Assembly (NCBI RefSeq): GCF_963853765.1
Contig: NC_088857.1
Span: 6,386,001 to 6,450,000, forward strand
Source: Magallana gigas
Lineage: Eukaryota
Reading direction: 5' to 3'
Length of the DNA: 64,000 bases
This document shows, piece after piece, positions 52,901-63,739 of this stretch. Numbering within the stretch: position 1 is the first letter of the stretch; the number at the start of each line of letters is the position of its first letter. Made by a program: the position numbers and the translations under genes. A model generated the notes under the pieces. The model saw only the letters and a list, made by a program, of their open reading frames with translations, did not search any database and had not been told where the DNA came from.

Positions 52901-54036
52901 CTCAACTTCTATAATTTCATTGAAAATATTACGGATATTTCATTTAAAACAACAATTCACAGGATTCTAGCAGTACTTTTCAAGTAGTTTAGGTCATACA
53001 CCGTTGATATTTAACAAAGTCATCTTTCATAATATCCGGGGTAGTGTTACACTTTTGCCTTTTTCTGTACACACTGACAGAGGAAAGGCTGGTCAAGCCA
53101 TATAAATGTCGATCTGCTTACCTTATAACACTCGCTGATTAAACAAAATATCCATGCCTGTATTATCCTGATTATATCCTAACTGACACTCATCTAAATC
53201 TTAGGTATCTGTATTAAATAAGTCTTATTTCGGCATTGTTTACACTGCATTCCGATGATTTGTCTCCCGACATGATCTTCTCTATTAAACATGCTTGTGA
53301 CGTCATCAATGATAATTATACGTAATAGAGAAAAATCAAAGATATATTCAGTTAGAAGAGTTTTTAGTGATATTTTATGTCTGTAGTTTTTATAATTTAA
53401 ACCAGAGATAAAGTTAAAATCGACATGTTTCTGAGTAAAATATGACATCATGCTGCTTATTGTGACGTCATATCGATCAGAGGAATTTGATCGCTGTTAG
53501 TTGCCTTATCATACCCGCGAAGTGTTATTGTAATATCAGTGTAAGTCATTGCAATTGTCATTGTTATATCAGTGTAAGTCATTGTAATATCGATGTAGGT
53601 CATTGTAACATCTCAGTGTAAGTCATTGCAATATCAGTATTAGTCATTGTATTATCAGTATAAATCATTGTAATATCAGTGAAAGTCATTGTAATATCAG
53701 TGTAAGTCATTGCAATATTAGTGTAAGTCAATGCAATATTAGTGTATGTGATTTTAAGTGCAAGTCATTTTAATATCAGTGTAAGTCATAATAATATCAG
53801 TGTAAACCATTGTAATATCAGGGTAAGTCATTGCAATAAGTGTTTATAAAATTACTAAAAATCAATTGGGATTGGAAGCAAAATCACAAATCTCAGGGTT
53901 CTGAATTTGTCGATTTAATTAATTAAATTATTTACAATTTCTTTTACAGCTGACAAGTCACATGGAGGAACTGCTGGCAGCAGCAAACAGGAAGTTTGAC
54001 ATGTGGCAGTCCAGGAAGTCCACTGTCAAAAGGTGA
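41556..54036 (+). CDS. GTF2H1: General transcription factor IIH subunit 1 (p62; PH domain + BSD domains, about 564 aa)
   Basis: Exons 41556-41709, 42026-42227, 42762-42852, 43794-43856, 44320-44413, 44723-44872, 45062-45141, 45242-45715, 45867-45957, 46369-46484, 51666-51758, 53950-54036. Motifs: [112 protein letters not shown]. Confidence 0.96.
43400..43735 (-). mobile_element. Second palindrome-ended (Crypton-like) non-autonomous element, in a GTF2H1 intron
   Basis: Imperfect hairpin TAAGCTATATTT...GAGAGGG...CCCTCTTC...AAATATAGCTTA (about 43416-43506), followed by a CpG-rich body. The layout resembles 205-895. Confidence 0.4.
44071..44281. mobile_element. ~210-bp TA-flanked MITE
   Basis: TACTGTGGTTTCAT ... 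ATAAAACCACAGTA terminal inverted repeats. Confidence 0.65.
46783..48966 (+). mobile_element. Helentron-type element with about 7 copies of the 166-bp Cg170-like satellite
   Basis: TTTTTAGCTCAGCTGAGCCAAAGGCTCAAGTGAGCT hairpin plus (GTC)n. AAAATCTTCTTCTCAAAAAC recurs about every 165 bp from 47629 to 48762. The 3' end is GCTCAGGTGAGCGATGTGGCCCCTGGGCCTCTTGT. Confidence 0.85.
47041..47626 (+). mobile_element. Second Helentron-type element with a 172-bp core, nested inside the previous one
   Basis: 5' hairpin GTCCCCCGCT..AGCGGGGAC plus a GTCC microsatellite. TTGTAAGCGCTCTC occurs at 47117, 47289 and 47461. The 3' subterminal IR is CGGCGGGGGAC and the end is CTTGTT. Inserted in a T-run of the host element. 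Confidence 0.8.
49595..49822 (-). mobile_element. tRNA-derived CORE-type SINE
   Basis: Minus strand: A box TGGCTCAAATGG, B box GGTTCAAACCC, then CORE-like CACTTAGACAAGGCACTTTATCTAAATTGTCTCAGTCCACCCAGCTG. Confidence 0.65.
50790..51135. repeat. Three tandem ~110-bp units, each internally palindromic
   Basis: ATGTTGCTTA at 50814, 50923 and 51034, each followed about 60 nt later by its reverse complement TAAGCAACAT. Confidence 0.85.
51765..53840. repeat. ~21-bp minisatellite (GTAAGTCATTGTAATATCAGT), split by an insertion at 52532-53519
   Basis: Many ATATCAGTGTAAGTCA units at 51765-52531 and 53520-53840. Confidence 0.85.
52532..53519. mobile_element. 988-bp TIR element with an apparent AA target-site duplication
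   Basis: CGCAGGTAGGTTAAGGCAACT vs inverted CGCGGGTATGATAAGGCAACT (3 mismatches). It is flanked by AA on both sides within the CATTGCAA|GTGT minisatellite unit. Internal inverted pairs lie at 52761/53037 and 52841/52961. Confidence 0.7.
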
Positions 54037-54243
54037 TGGTCACACTAGGTTGTTGGTGCTATGTTATACAATGGGAGCAGGTCGCACTATGGGAGCATGT
54101 CATACTATGCCGTATGGGAGCATAATGTTAACTACAGAGGACAATCAGACCTGATTTCTGTGATTATGCTGTGGTCTTTGATGCTATGAATGAAGAGACT
54201 GTTAAATTTTAGTGTTTCTTTTGTGTCTTACTTTATTCAATGC

Positions 54244-54249
54244 AATAAA
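54244..54249 (+). terminator. Candidate polyadenylation signal of GTF2H1
   Basis: AATAAA about 210 bp downstream of the stop codon. Confidence 0.45.
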
Positions 54250-54671
54250 CTAATTATCTTCATGTGTGAAACGATTTGTGGTTTAAAATTTAATGGAATG
54301 TTTATGCAAGTGTTGGAAGAACACAATCAGTATGAGTAAAAATTGAATGTTGATTATGACATCATTTATTTAATACCACAACATGTAAACATGCAGATCT
54401 CTTTATATACTAATAACGTATTGCTGACTGTGTAGTTTGTCACATTACCTTGTTGAGTCAAAATAAGGAACAGAAACATCTTTCTAGAGACTACAGCAGT
54501 TTATTTTATCATAAATGGTCGTTTTTATGAGACTCCTTTTGTTTGGAGATCAGTATGTATATATGTATACATGAAGAATTCCACTATGTTTGAATCCTAC
54601 ATAAATGAAAGTCAAGTAGTATCATTGCAAGGAATGGACCTTATTTAAACAATCGAACAGATGTTCATAAT

Positions 54672-57214
54672 CTATCCTCCTCGTCCTCCTCGTCCTCCGC
54701 GTCCTCCACGTTGTGACCGTGCCTCCAACATGGCGGTCATATACTGCTCCTCGCAGACGACAAGGGCTTTAAAGAGGGTGATTAGTTTATCGTTCCGTAA
54801 AGACATGGCCATGAGTTTCCACAAGTCGTACATGTCGCCAGACAGGCAGGGCGTGGAGCGGGCGGCAATCGTCTTCTGCAGACATTCGTTAGAGCAGGTC
54901 GCTGTGTTGTCGCAGCCCGTCATGTCATACAGCGGGTCGTTGTGTAGGGCCAGCATGAACCCACGGTACGTACACCCAAACACGGAGTCCCCGATCTCCA
55001 GCGCACACAGAGGGATGTTCTTGAAGCTTTCACAGTGGTGGTCGTCCCAGTTCTCCCTTGGGTAGTAGATGAGGATGGTTTTACACAGTTCCTGTTTGGG
55101 CCCCATTCCCCACGTGATATCATCACGTACGCCCACTGTGTTATACTCACATGTCAGCTTCAACATGTCACCTGGGAGGACCGGTACGGGGGTAGTGTAC
55201 CTGTTTTGTATAGAGAGCTAAAAGATACAGCATCTCTCTAATGAAATACAAGTACACAAATTTCTCATTTGGGATAAATGAGTATTTCGGAACAAAGTCG
55301 TGAAATTAAATAAAACTTTCTTATCCTTGAAAATTCACTGATACGGTACAAATTTCAATTCAAAATTTGACATCTTTTTCAATTTTCAGTGTTATCACGT
55401 TAGTAAAATATGATATATATAAATTCATATAAATCTATAATTTACAGTTCAATGCAGCTCTGTATTTAATAACACACTGACACTGACCAGAACACTCTTG
55501 GATTATACACGTCATATTTGGTGTCTTCTGTTATGGAGTTGTAGATCCTGTCGTTTCTTTCAACATCAACCCTTTGTTTAACCCCTGAAGATATAAAATA
55601 CTGATTCTTTAATCAACCTTTACTTAATTGTAATGAGAAGTATGGTTGTGACGTATCTCGCTACATACCATAGTGTCCCATGATGTTGACTCCCGCCACA
55701 ACCGTCACAGGTGACCTCATCTGAAACTGTGTGCACGAGCTGGGACAAGCAGACGACACCGAGTAGCTGGGGAGATTTCCGGGAATGCTGAAGTGTGTCT
55801 CCTCCAGGATAGCTACACCTGCGTTATACTTCTTCAGGTTCGGTGTCAGGTACAAAGACATTCCGGCGTTTGTTGTACCAGGCTCTTTCAGTGGGTTTAG
55901 GAACGTCCACTACAAAATTAAGTTTGTTTTGTTTTTAAAGAAACCACACTGATTTTCAATGCCATTCCTTGCAAGTCGGAAGAACTAATAACTTTATAAT
56001 ATGTATTACCTTCATCAGGACTTGTTTGTATCCCGTTTGGCCTATTAAAAGACCGACATCCCTTGGGAAACAGTTGCCCTGGTCCATTTCACCTTGGTCC
56101 ATGATTGCTATCAAGTCCTGGCATGGTTTAGCGACAGAAGAGGAACATTCAAACACCGACTTCCTTGTTATCTCGCCAGAGTTTGGGTCTACAAACAAAA
56201 TATGAGTTAAAACGCGGCAAAATGCATCCGTGAAAAGAATTCCACACAAAAAGATGAAAAAGATCTAACCACTTACTGCAACCATAAACCGCCACTTGCC
56301 CCAGAAGTTTATGCTGATAGTTGATTGGTTTAGATGCTATCACGTGATAGTCAGTTTTCACGGGTAAATCAAAAATTCGACATGCAAAGGTTGATTCCCT
56401 CAGAGGTATGGAATAGTTAACAAGGAACATGTCATACTTCTGCACACCTGTATTCAAAAATGAAAAAGTAAACATTTTCAAATCAGATTATTTATTTTCA
56501 AGGAATGGAAATTTAGAAAATAGTGAAGAGATGTAATGTAACCTGGTTCGTCTATTTGTTCGCAGTCTGTGGACACTTTGTCAGCACTGCAGTCCAGCGA
56601 GGCGTTCATTGCCTGACATGTAGGGCTATCCCAGGGCTCACAGACTCCTGTGTGAGACAAAAACATCTAAAATAGTATTGAGCTTATAGACATTGGTGGC
56701 TGAATCAATGTTATTGTAACAAACACACGGACCAACAACTTCTCTAAGATTTCCAGAAAAATAAAGCAAAAGCACAGTGGTGAGTTGCTGCCATATGTCA
56801 ATACTAATAGTATATTTACATATGCTTTTTTATTTTGATATCATTGTCAAAAGTACTTTGTATAGGCTTTCAAGAGTGTTATTCTTTCGTGTGTCGTGGC
56901 TTTTTCATTTATGCATGTGCAAGGAATACGTTACAACATATACCTGTACCTACAGCCTGTACACACCTTTTGAAGGCTTTATTGTCTCACCTGTTGAGAT
57001 GACTTTGCAAGAATAACAAATTCACTAATGGGCACTTTGTGTATCCTCGATCGTGTCTTGTTTACATTTAATCAAACGGTTCTTTGAATATTCATTAATG
57101 ATAAATTGCATCACCAGTTCACCTAGCCAGCCATGTCATTTTTAACATGTACTTGTAGCACTATACGTGTGTTGTTTAGCTTATTGATTACTTAAAGTTT
57201 ATGCACTTTAAGTT

Positions 57215-57294
<80 letters not shown>

Positions 57295-59726
57295 ATCATT
57301 ACAAAGTAAAATTGTGTCGTAACACAGGACTGTATTATTAGATAGGAGGCACATATATATGTAAATATATGCCAGGCACTTGACACAGTGTCGTAATTGC
57401 AAATTACAATAAAACTTAATTACAGTGATTAAATTATTGATAAGTAATGTCTTGCTTTAAATATCTATACTATTATTACAATTAATATATTTGTTAGTCA
57501 CTCTAACAACCAGTCATATAATTGCTAATCTATATTCGATAATTTCTGCATGCTTATATTTATGGCCGAGTGATGATTACATTTAATGTTTAAATCATGA
57601 TTACAATTAGTGATAAAGTTATTATTTCATTTAGTCATAATATCATGATTACATTAAATTTTCAAGTCTTGATTAGTTTAGTGACTAAGTCAGGATTATA
57701 TCTAACGTTTAAACTTTGATTTTATTTAATGTTTAAGTTTTGATTACCTTTAGTGATAAATTCATTATTACATTTTATGTTTAAGTCATAATTACAATTA
57801 GTGATAAAGTCATTAGACTCTTTTGTGATTAAGCAATGAATACATTTTGTGATATAATCATGAATAAATAATGTTAAACCACGGTTACATTTATGATTCC
57901 CATACCATGAATACATTAACGTTTAAATCATGGTCTTTTTTAATGGTCTAGTAATTATTACATTTAATGTTTAAGTAATGATATCGATTTTATTTAAGGA
58001 AGTCATTATAACACTAAATAATCAAATCATATTTACATTTACAATTAATGATCAAGTCATGATTACATATACAAGTAAAGGTTAAGTCATTATTATATTC
58101 AATGTTTAAACTGAACGCTATGATAACAATTTTGATAACATAGTATTACATTTAACGTGATGACATGATTATATTTAGTAGTTTTGTCGCAATCACAGTG
58201 AATATCGGGTTTGCATATCACGAACATTTTTCATCTCTGTGTTGATGCATGCTATGATTTATTGTTGGTTCAAAATTTTAAACAAGTGGCATGATAACTT
58301 TGTATGCATCCAGAACTTTAAAGCAGTCTCAATGCTGTTATAGCTCCACTCAATGTTTCTCGTTATTCAGACTTGACAAATTACCTCGCGATGTTTACCG
58401 ACCCCTACGTCATGCATATAGTATACTAGTATACTTCATGGTAAAGCTTTCTTTGAATCATTGTACGAGCCATGCCGCGGATCAAGGGGTCATGATTTTT
58501 TTAATTCACATAGCAAAATTACTGAAGATATGCCTTGGACCCCCCCCCCCCCCGGAAACACATTTAACCATTTAACATTTTACAGTTGTGTTTAAAGTCT
58601 TGTATTAATTTAGTATACCTGGGTGGGAGAAAGCCGGAAGGCTGAGGTTTCTGTTGGAAGTGGACCATTCACAGTTAGGGTCCCCTAATTCCAGTCCATT
58701 GTATTTCCCGTCCCCATCAGAATCCAGGCGGCAGATGTCGCTCCATATCTATTGGGAGGTCAAATAGGTGTTAGATTTAGTACAGGTATCCAAATGAATT
58801 GGTAAGAATTTACCCTAGTAGTAATGGGTAAGGAATATTAAGTATATGTGCATGTATTTTACCTTTCTCATTGTTTTATCATTCCTATATCCGACCTATA
58901 CAAAATCGTTATGCAAGTACCCCCTCTCCCCTTTCCAAAAGAAAGGTTCTAAAGAAAGCCCCAAAAGCCTCCACAAAAAAATATCTTTAGTTTAAACTCT
59001 CTCTCATGCCCGGACACTACACTGAAGTTAATTTTCAGGGTCAGGATGGGGGGGGGGGGGGGGGGGGGGTTGAGGGGCTAGTCTACTTCACAACAAAGCT
59101 CAGGTGATGTAAATGAGATTTCATATAAAATATCAAAATGTGAGTAAATGTATATAATAACGATATAATCTAAATGAATAATTCAGTCAAGAGACTCCAT
59201 TTGTCTATAATTGAAAAATCCATGCACTTATGGTTTAATATTAATTCCCTTTACTTACTACCGTTTTATATATATTTACCTGTACATTAACTGTCAACGT
59301 TCGGGATGTACATGTAATAAAACATTCATGCTGGGAAACGAGTAATGACGTACACTGATTACCATTGACAATGACTGTAACAAGCTGGTCACTGACCACA
59401 AAACTCTAGCGAGGACGGAATAACCCAGGACTGTCTGACCACTCACAAGATTCAAACTCACTGCTGTCGCTCAGTGGAGGAATATTTCAATTAAACATGT
59501 AGTTATTAAGAATTATTTCACCTACCTTATTAGCTTTAATAAAATCATGTCCGAACTGGTTTCTTGGTCCTGACCCGTAAGGTCCTAAGTGGCCAACCCC
59601 GTTCCATATGAGGGAGGGGTTACAGGGGTTGGGCACTTTATCTCCGTTAGGGATCAGGTCGTTGTACGTGGGCCATCCTCGAGCGACCGGTATCAAGAAA
59701 AAACCTATCAAACCCAACACGTGCAT
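54672..59726 (-). CDS. Secreted temptin-domain + copper type II ascorbate-dependent monooxygenase-like (DBH/MOXD1 fold) protein, probably catalytically inactive (about 550 aa)
   Basis: Exons 59726-59526, 58748-58619, 56647-56543, 56447-56277, 56188-56010, 55909-55669, 55584-55488, 55200-54672, all in phase. Signal peptide MHVLGLIGFFLIPVARG. Temptin motifs IPNG..VP.PC...W.GVGH...G.G.RN.FG.DF and C.LDSDGDGK.NG.ELGDPNC.W...SHPG. Monooxygenase motifs AC.IFDLP...YHVIA..P, VYGC, PGD.LKLTC.YNT, G.G...ELC...L.YYP. Confidence 0.87.
57218..57290. repeat. (TA)n microsatellite
   Basis: Direct observation. Confidence 0.95.
57400..58170. repeat. Degenerate AT-rich tandem repeat (ATTACATTTAATGTTTAAATCATG-like)
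   Basis: Recurrent attacatt/aatgtttaa/gtcat motifs in intron 2 of the temptin-monooxygenase gene. Confidence 0.5.
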
Positions 59727-61137
59727 TCTCGGCTCTTGTGTCAGAATTCGTCCTAGCTATAGCTTACTTCTTTTTCTGATGTTAATTCATGCAAAAGGAC
59801 TAATCACTCAAAGTAATTAATTGGACTGCGCATGATGTACTTGTGAAAGTTTTATGCACAAAGTTGTGAAACGATAAATAAAACGTTAAATATAGGCTGA
59901 GACTCGTTTCGCGTTGAATGGAAAAAAAGTTTTTAGTCACTCAGTTTCGAAGCCACAGTACTCGTCCCTTCTTTATTCTAATACATTGCTAAAAATTGTT
60001 CTTTCCATCATAAACATTTATTCAGTGTATGTGAAATGAGAATGCTACAATTGTTAGCTGAACGATAAAGATGGTAATTTTTAGGAATAATAAACAATTT
60101 AGGCGTTGTCAACTTATAATGCAACTATATTTAAAGGCACAATCTGCCATTATTATAAATCATATAAAAATGCTAGATTCAGAACAGAGCCATGTCTTAA
60201 TTAATTCATTTAAATCAGACTTTAAAACACCTAACTCTAATGTTGACTTTAAGATCATTAGTTTTAACAATATGAAAAAAAAATGAAATATGTCAGTATA
60301 TTTAAAAAATAATAAATATTAACCCCAAAAAGTATCAAATGTAGAGTTGTTTGTGTTGCTAATTAGGATATGCAGTTCTGAAAATAGAGTATACCTTTCT
60401 TCGAAATCCTAATTCCTAGGCCTACAGGATCGACACTCAAACCGATAAAAAAATATAGTTATGCATTTTATTATGAAAACCATGTTTATCATAAATGACA
60501 TTACTTCTCTAATAAAATATATATCGAATTCCTCATTGATACTGCTGTCAGTGCTTCTTACTGACAATGTGGGTTAATTTTCTGCAACTTCAATGTTTAA
60601 AAACTTTTATGAACGGATTTTATTATAAAACTTATTGATAATAAAAAGAAGTTCATTATTGAATTTTTTCTAGCTCTTTTCAATGACACACAAAATAAAG
60701 AAAGGTGAAAATGAAACCTTTTGACTTTTGAGCGTTAACCAGTGCATAAATATCATGAATGATGAACTGTCGCTACCAAAAATGGAAGAGATTCCCAATT
60801 TAAGTATATATACAACATATAACATATAATTTAAGATGTGCTAAAAACAAATTCACAAAATGGTCATCATACTTTGTGTACGCAATTAGTTAATTAGTTT
60901 ATATACCCATTTAATGTTTTAAAGATTTTGAAGTTTGCAAGTGCACTTAAAGCAGTACAAAATTCAAAGAACTAAGTTCATAAGTATAATATCATTGCAA
61001 AAACTCAGCACAATCATGTGTACAGTTGATGTGTATACATCTAAAAGATATATGGTACATGAATATTGTGTACGTGTCATCAATAATATTACACTTCCTG
61101 GCGAATTGGTTTACACCTGTACACAAATTCAAAGTTA

Positions 61138-62319
61138 TCATCCCATAATTTTTTCCAGAAATTTAACCCAAAAAGGTACGTTCCCTGCTTTCTTTTCTCC
61201 TCGAAGACGAATTTTGTCAAGCGAACCTTTAAATAATGGGCTTCGAACACAAGTTCCATCCGATTTATCCATACGATATCCTCGCCTGCAGCCACAAGAA
61301 TACGAGCCGACTGTATTCCTACAGATCTTGTCTTCAGCACACTGCCCCACCTGATCATAACACTCGTCCTGGTCTATGCACAGAGAGAACCGGGAACTCC
61401 ACACGTGTCCCGGCTTCTCTGAGGCACAGTCACACGAGAAGTTTAATCTGTTGCGGGTCATGTCCTCAAAATCCACGTTTTGTCCTTCGCTCCACGTACA
61501 CGCCTTGTTTTTTAGTGTTTTACATGGGTTTAGTGGGTCCTCTGGAGCAGATATTTCGTCTCTCACGTTTCCCATTGAACTTTTGCCGTAACACGGATCC
61601 GGACAGAACCACAGGAAGGCACAGGTCCACAAAGAGACCCATTCCGACTGGTTCCCCCCGTACTGGGATCTAAAGTCGACCACGGTTCTATTAGCTGCTT
61701 CTACCGTCATTGACAAAGAATCAAGACATCCATCTGCCTTATCGTCTACAAATCGTAAGAGAGGACTTTTCAGTTCTGTAAACCAACACATGTAATACGC
61801 AGCGGTGGCGCGATAGCGAAATATATCAAGTTCGGATTCGAATGGCCAGAAATTGTGTCGCTTGGCAAGCTTCTCCTTTCCTTGAATTTTACTCACAGAT
61901 TTTGAGTCACGAGCTTTCTTGAAAATTTCGTTGATACATGCCAGTTCACTCTCCTCACACGCAAGAGTCAAACTTGGCTCCATCTGTACGATTCGTGGAT
62001 TAGGAAAATGTTTATGGAGCCCTCCTTTTCTTTGGATTTTACCTCTGATTTGTCGTGGATCCACTGCAAAGTATTTGTGAGCCGCCAGAAATGGTCCTAC
62101 TATTTTTAGCTTCTGTCTCACTGGGCTCATAAGGATATCTTTAACTTTGGGATCGTCTCTTGAAATGGGATGAACCCAGCTAACTTTTGGCTTTTTGGTA
62201 GGTCCAAGTGCATTATTCGAAATGGTTTTGTTCGTTTCCGTTGTCTGGTTTACAACGAATTTCCACAATGAAATTGAGAAAACCAGGCACCATATAAAAG
62301 AGCTGCTTATCGTTCGCAT
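61138..62319 (-). CDS. Intronless 393-aa secreted or signal-anchored Cys-rich protein with one C-terminal calcium-binding EGF domain; family unassigned
   Basis: Uninterrupted ORF with a hydrophobic N-terminus (FIWCLVFSISLWKFVV) and cbEGF consensus CIDQDEC...C...C.NTVGSYSC.C..GY. Balanced composition, unlike the repeat-derived ORFs in the track. Confidence 0.85.
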   Translation of the reverse strand: MRTISSSFIWCLVFSISLWKFVVNQTTETNKTISNNALGPTKKPKVSWVHPISRDDPKVKDILMSPVRQKLKIVGPFLAAHKYFAVDPRQIRGKIQRKGGLHKHFPNPRIVQMEPSLTLACEESELACINEIFKKARDSKSVSKIQGKEKLAKRHNFWPFESELDIFRYRATAAYYMCWFTELKSPLLRFVDDKADGCLDSLSMTVEAANRTVVDFRSQYGGNQSEWVSLWTCAFLWFCPDPCYGKSSMGNVRDEISAPEDPLNPCKTLKNKACTWSEGQNVDFEDMTRNRLNFSCDCASEKPGHVWSSRFSLCIDQDECYDQVGQCAEDKICRNTVGSYSCGCRRGYRMDKSDGTCVRSPLFKGSLDKIRLRGEKKAGNVPFWVKFLEKIMG

Positions 62320-62328
62320 GCTGTTTTA

Positions 62329-62350
62329 TGACGTCACGAATATGACGTAA
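62329..62350. promoter_or_regulatory. Tandem CRE sites just upstream of the intronless EGF gene
   Basis: TGACGTCA at 62329-62336 and TGACGTAA at 62343-62350; the ATG is at 62319 on the minus strand. Confidence 0.5.
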
Positions 62351-62825
62351 ATCATAGTTTTGAGTGTGAGATTTCGTTGTTGAATAAGTTCGATCACAAA
62401 ATACAAAATGAATGCGTACTATTTTGACAGTGATATTATGATTTTTGATACTGGTTTAACTCTAGAATATCAAAAATTTTCAATGAAGAAAAGGGAGACA
62501 ACTCTTGAAGCGTGTTGTATCAACGCTGCAACGTGCTGCTGCCACAATCAAGGAATGAACAGTTGCTCCGAACAAGTGCTTCGCCAACGTAAGTATTTTA
62601 TGAAATCATTCAAAATAATTGGGCGATAAAATACAAGTGACGTTAATATTACTCGCAGGTATGAATAAATTCGAATTTCCTCGCAATTCTCAACGATGAT
62701 ATTGAAGAAATCTAGCCTGATTTTCTGTACGATGTTGCAATATAAGCTTGAAATTATGGAATGTTGCCATAAAGAAAGGTTTCAAGAACTTATTTGTCTC
62801 CATAAAAGACTTGAACTGTCGAACA

Positions 62826-63143
62826 CCAATCCACACTTTACAAAAGTTTTGTCCCTTGGCCGCCATCTTTGGGGAAAAACCCATATATTTCTCACAGTAG
62901 CCTTTGTAGTTTAGAGGGCTGTAACTTCGTCATTAGACATTAGAAATCCGTTTCCGCTGTAAATTTTATTGCCCCAAATTGGGGCAACCCACACATCGAA
63001 GGAATAAATTAAATTCCAAGAGAGATTTCTTCACAGGACGCCCAAATACTTGGTTGCATAAAGAAGAGAAAAGTTGTTTTTTCCCTTTTGACCTTTGGGT
63101 TGACCCCGCAAAGGGGAACAACTTTTGTAAAGTGTGGATTGGA
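62826..63143. mobile_element. MITE-like element with ~32-bp TIRs
   Basis: CCAATCCACACTTTACAAAAGTTTTGTCCCTT is inverted at about 63111-63143. Confidence 0.6.
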
Positions 63144-63739
63144 CTATAACACTGACATATACAAAAAAGGTAAATAAGTTGAACGTTATGGTATATGTAG
63201 TATATTGATACCTATAAATAGATTTCTATCATTTGAAATAATTGATTACTTTATATTTCATAAATAATGAGTATGTACATGTATGTTTCAGGAATTATGA
63301 TCCGCCTTTTTGGACCCCTTCTCCTTTAAATTGATATTAATTTATTTTTTTCATAGCGACCACCCAGGCCAACACACCTCTAATTTCTTATCTAATTATT
63401 AATTGGATACATTTTTTTTAATTTACCAGTTAATTTAATGGCTTCATCACAAGTTATCGGTTTAATGAATGTATTCATAGATAAACATGGCGAGAAACTT
63501 ATGATTATATGTTAGATATTTATGGTTTATCAATGATAAAGTTTCTACAAACGTTAAACATAATCATTATAATGAAATCTACATATGTGGAAGGAGTTGA
63601 AAGCATATATGCATAGTGATACTTGCTTGAATTCAGTTTTTGAAGTTTTATATTGTCATAACTGTAATTTCGTCGTACACTCTTAGCTACAGTACGTATG
63701 TAAAGTTACAACAGCAAAAGGCATATGTATGGAACGCCG

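Noticed and set aside
54661-55065. 134-aa plus-strand ORF (and 61236-61673)
   Set aside because: Antisense shadows of the monooxygenase last exon and the EGF gene.
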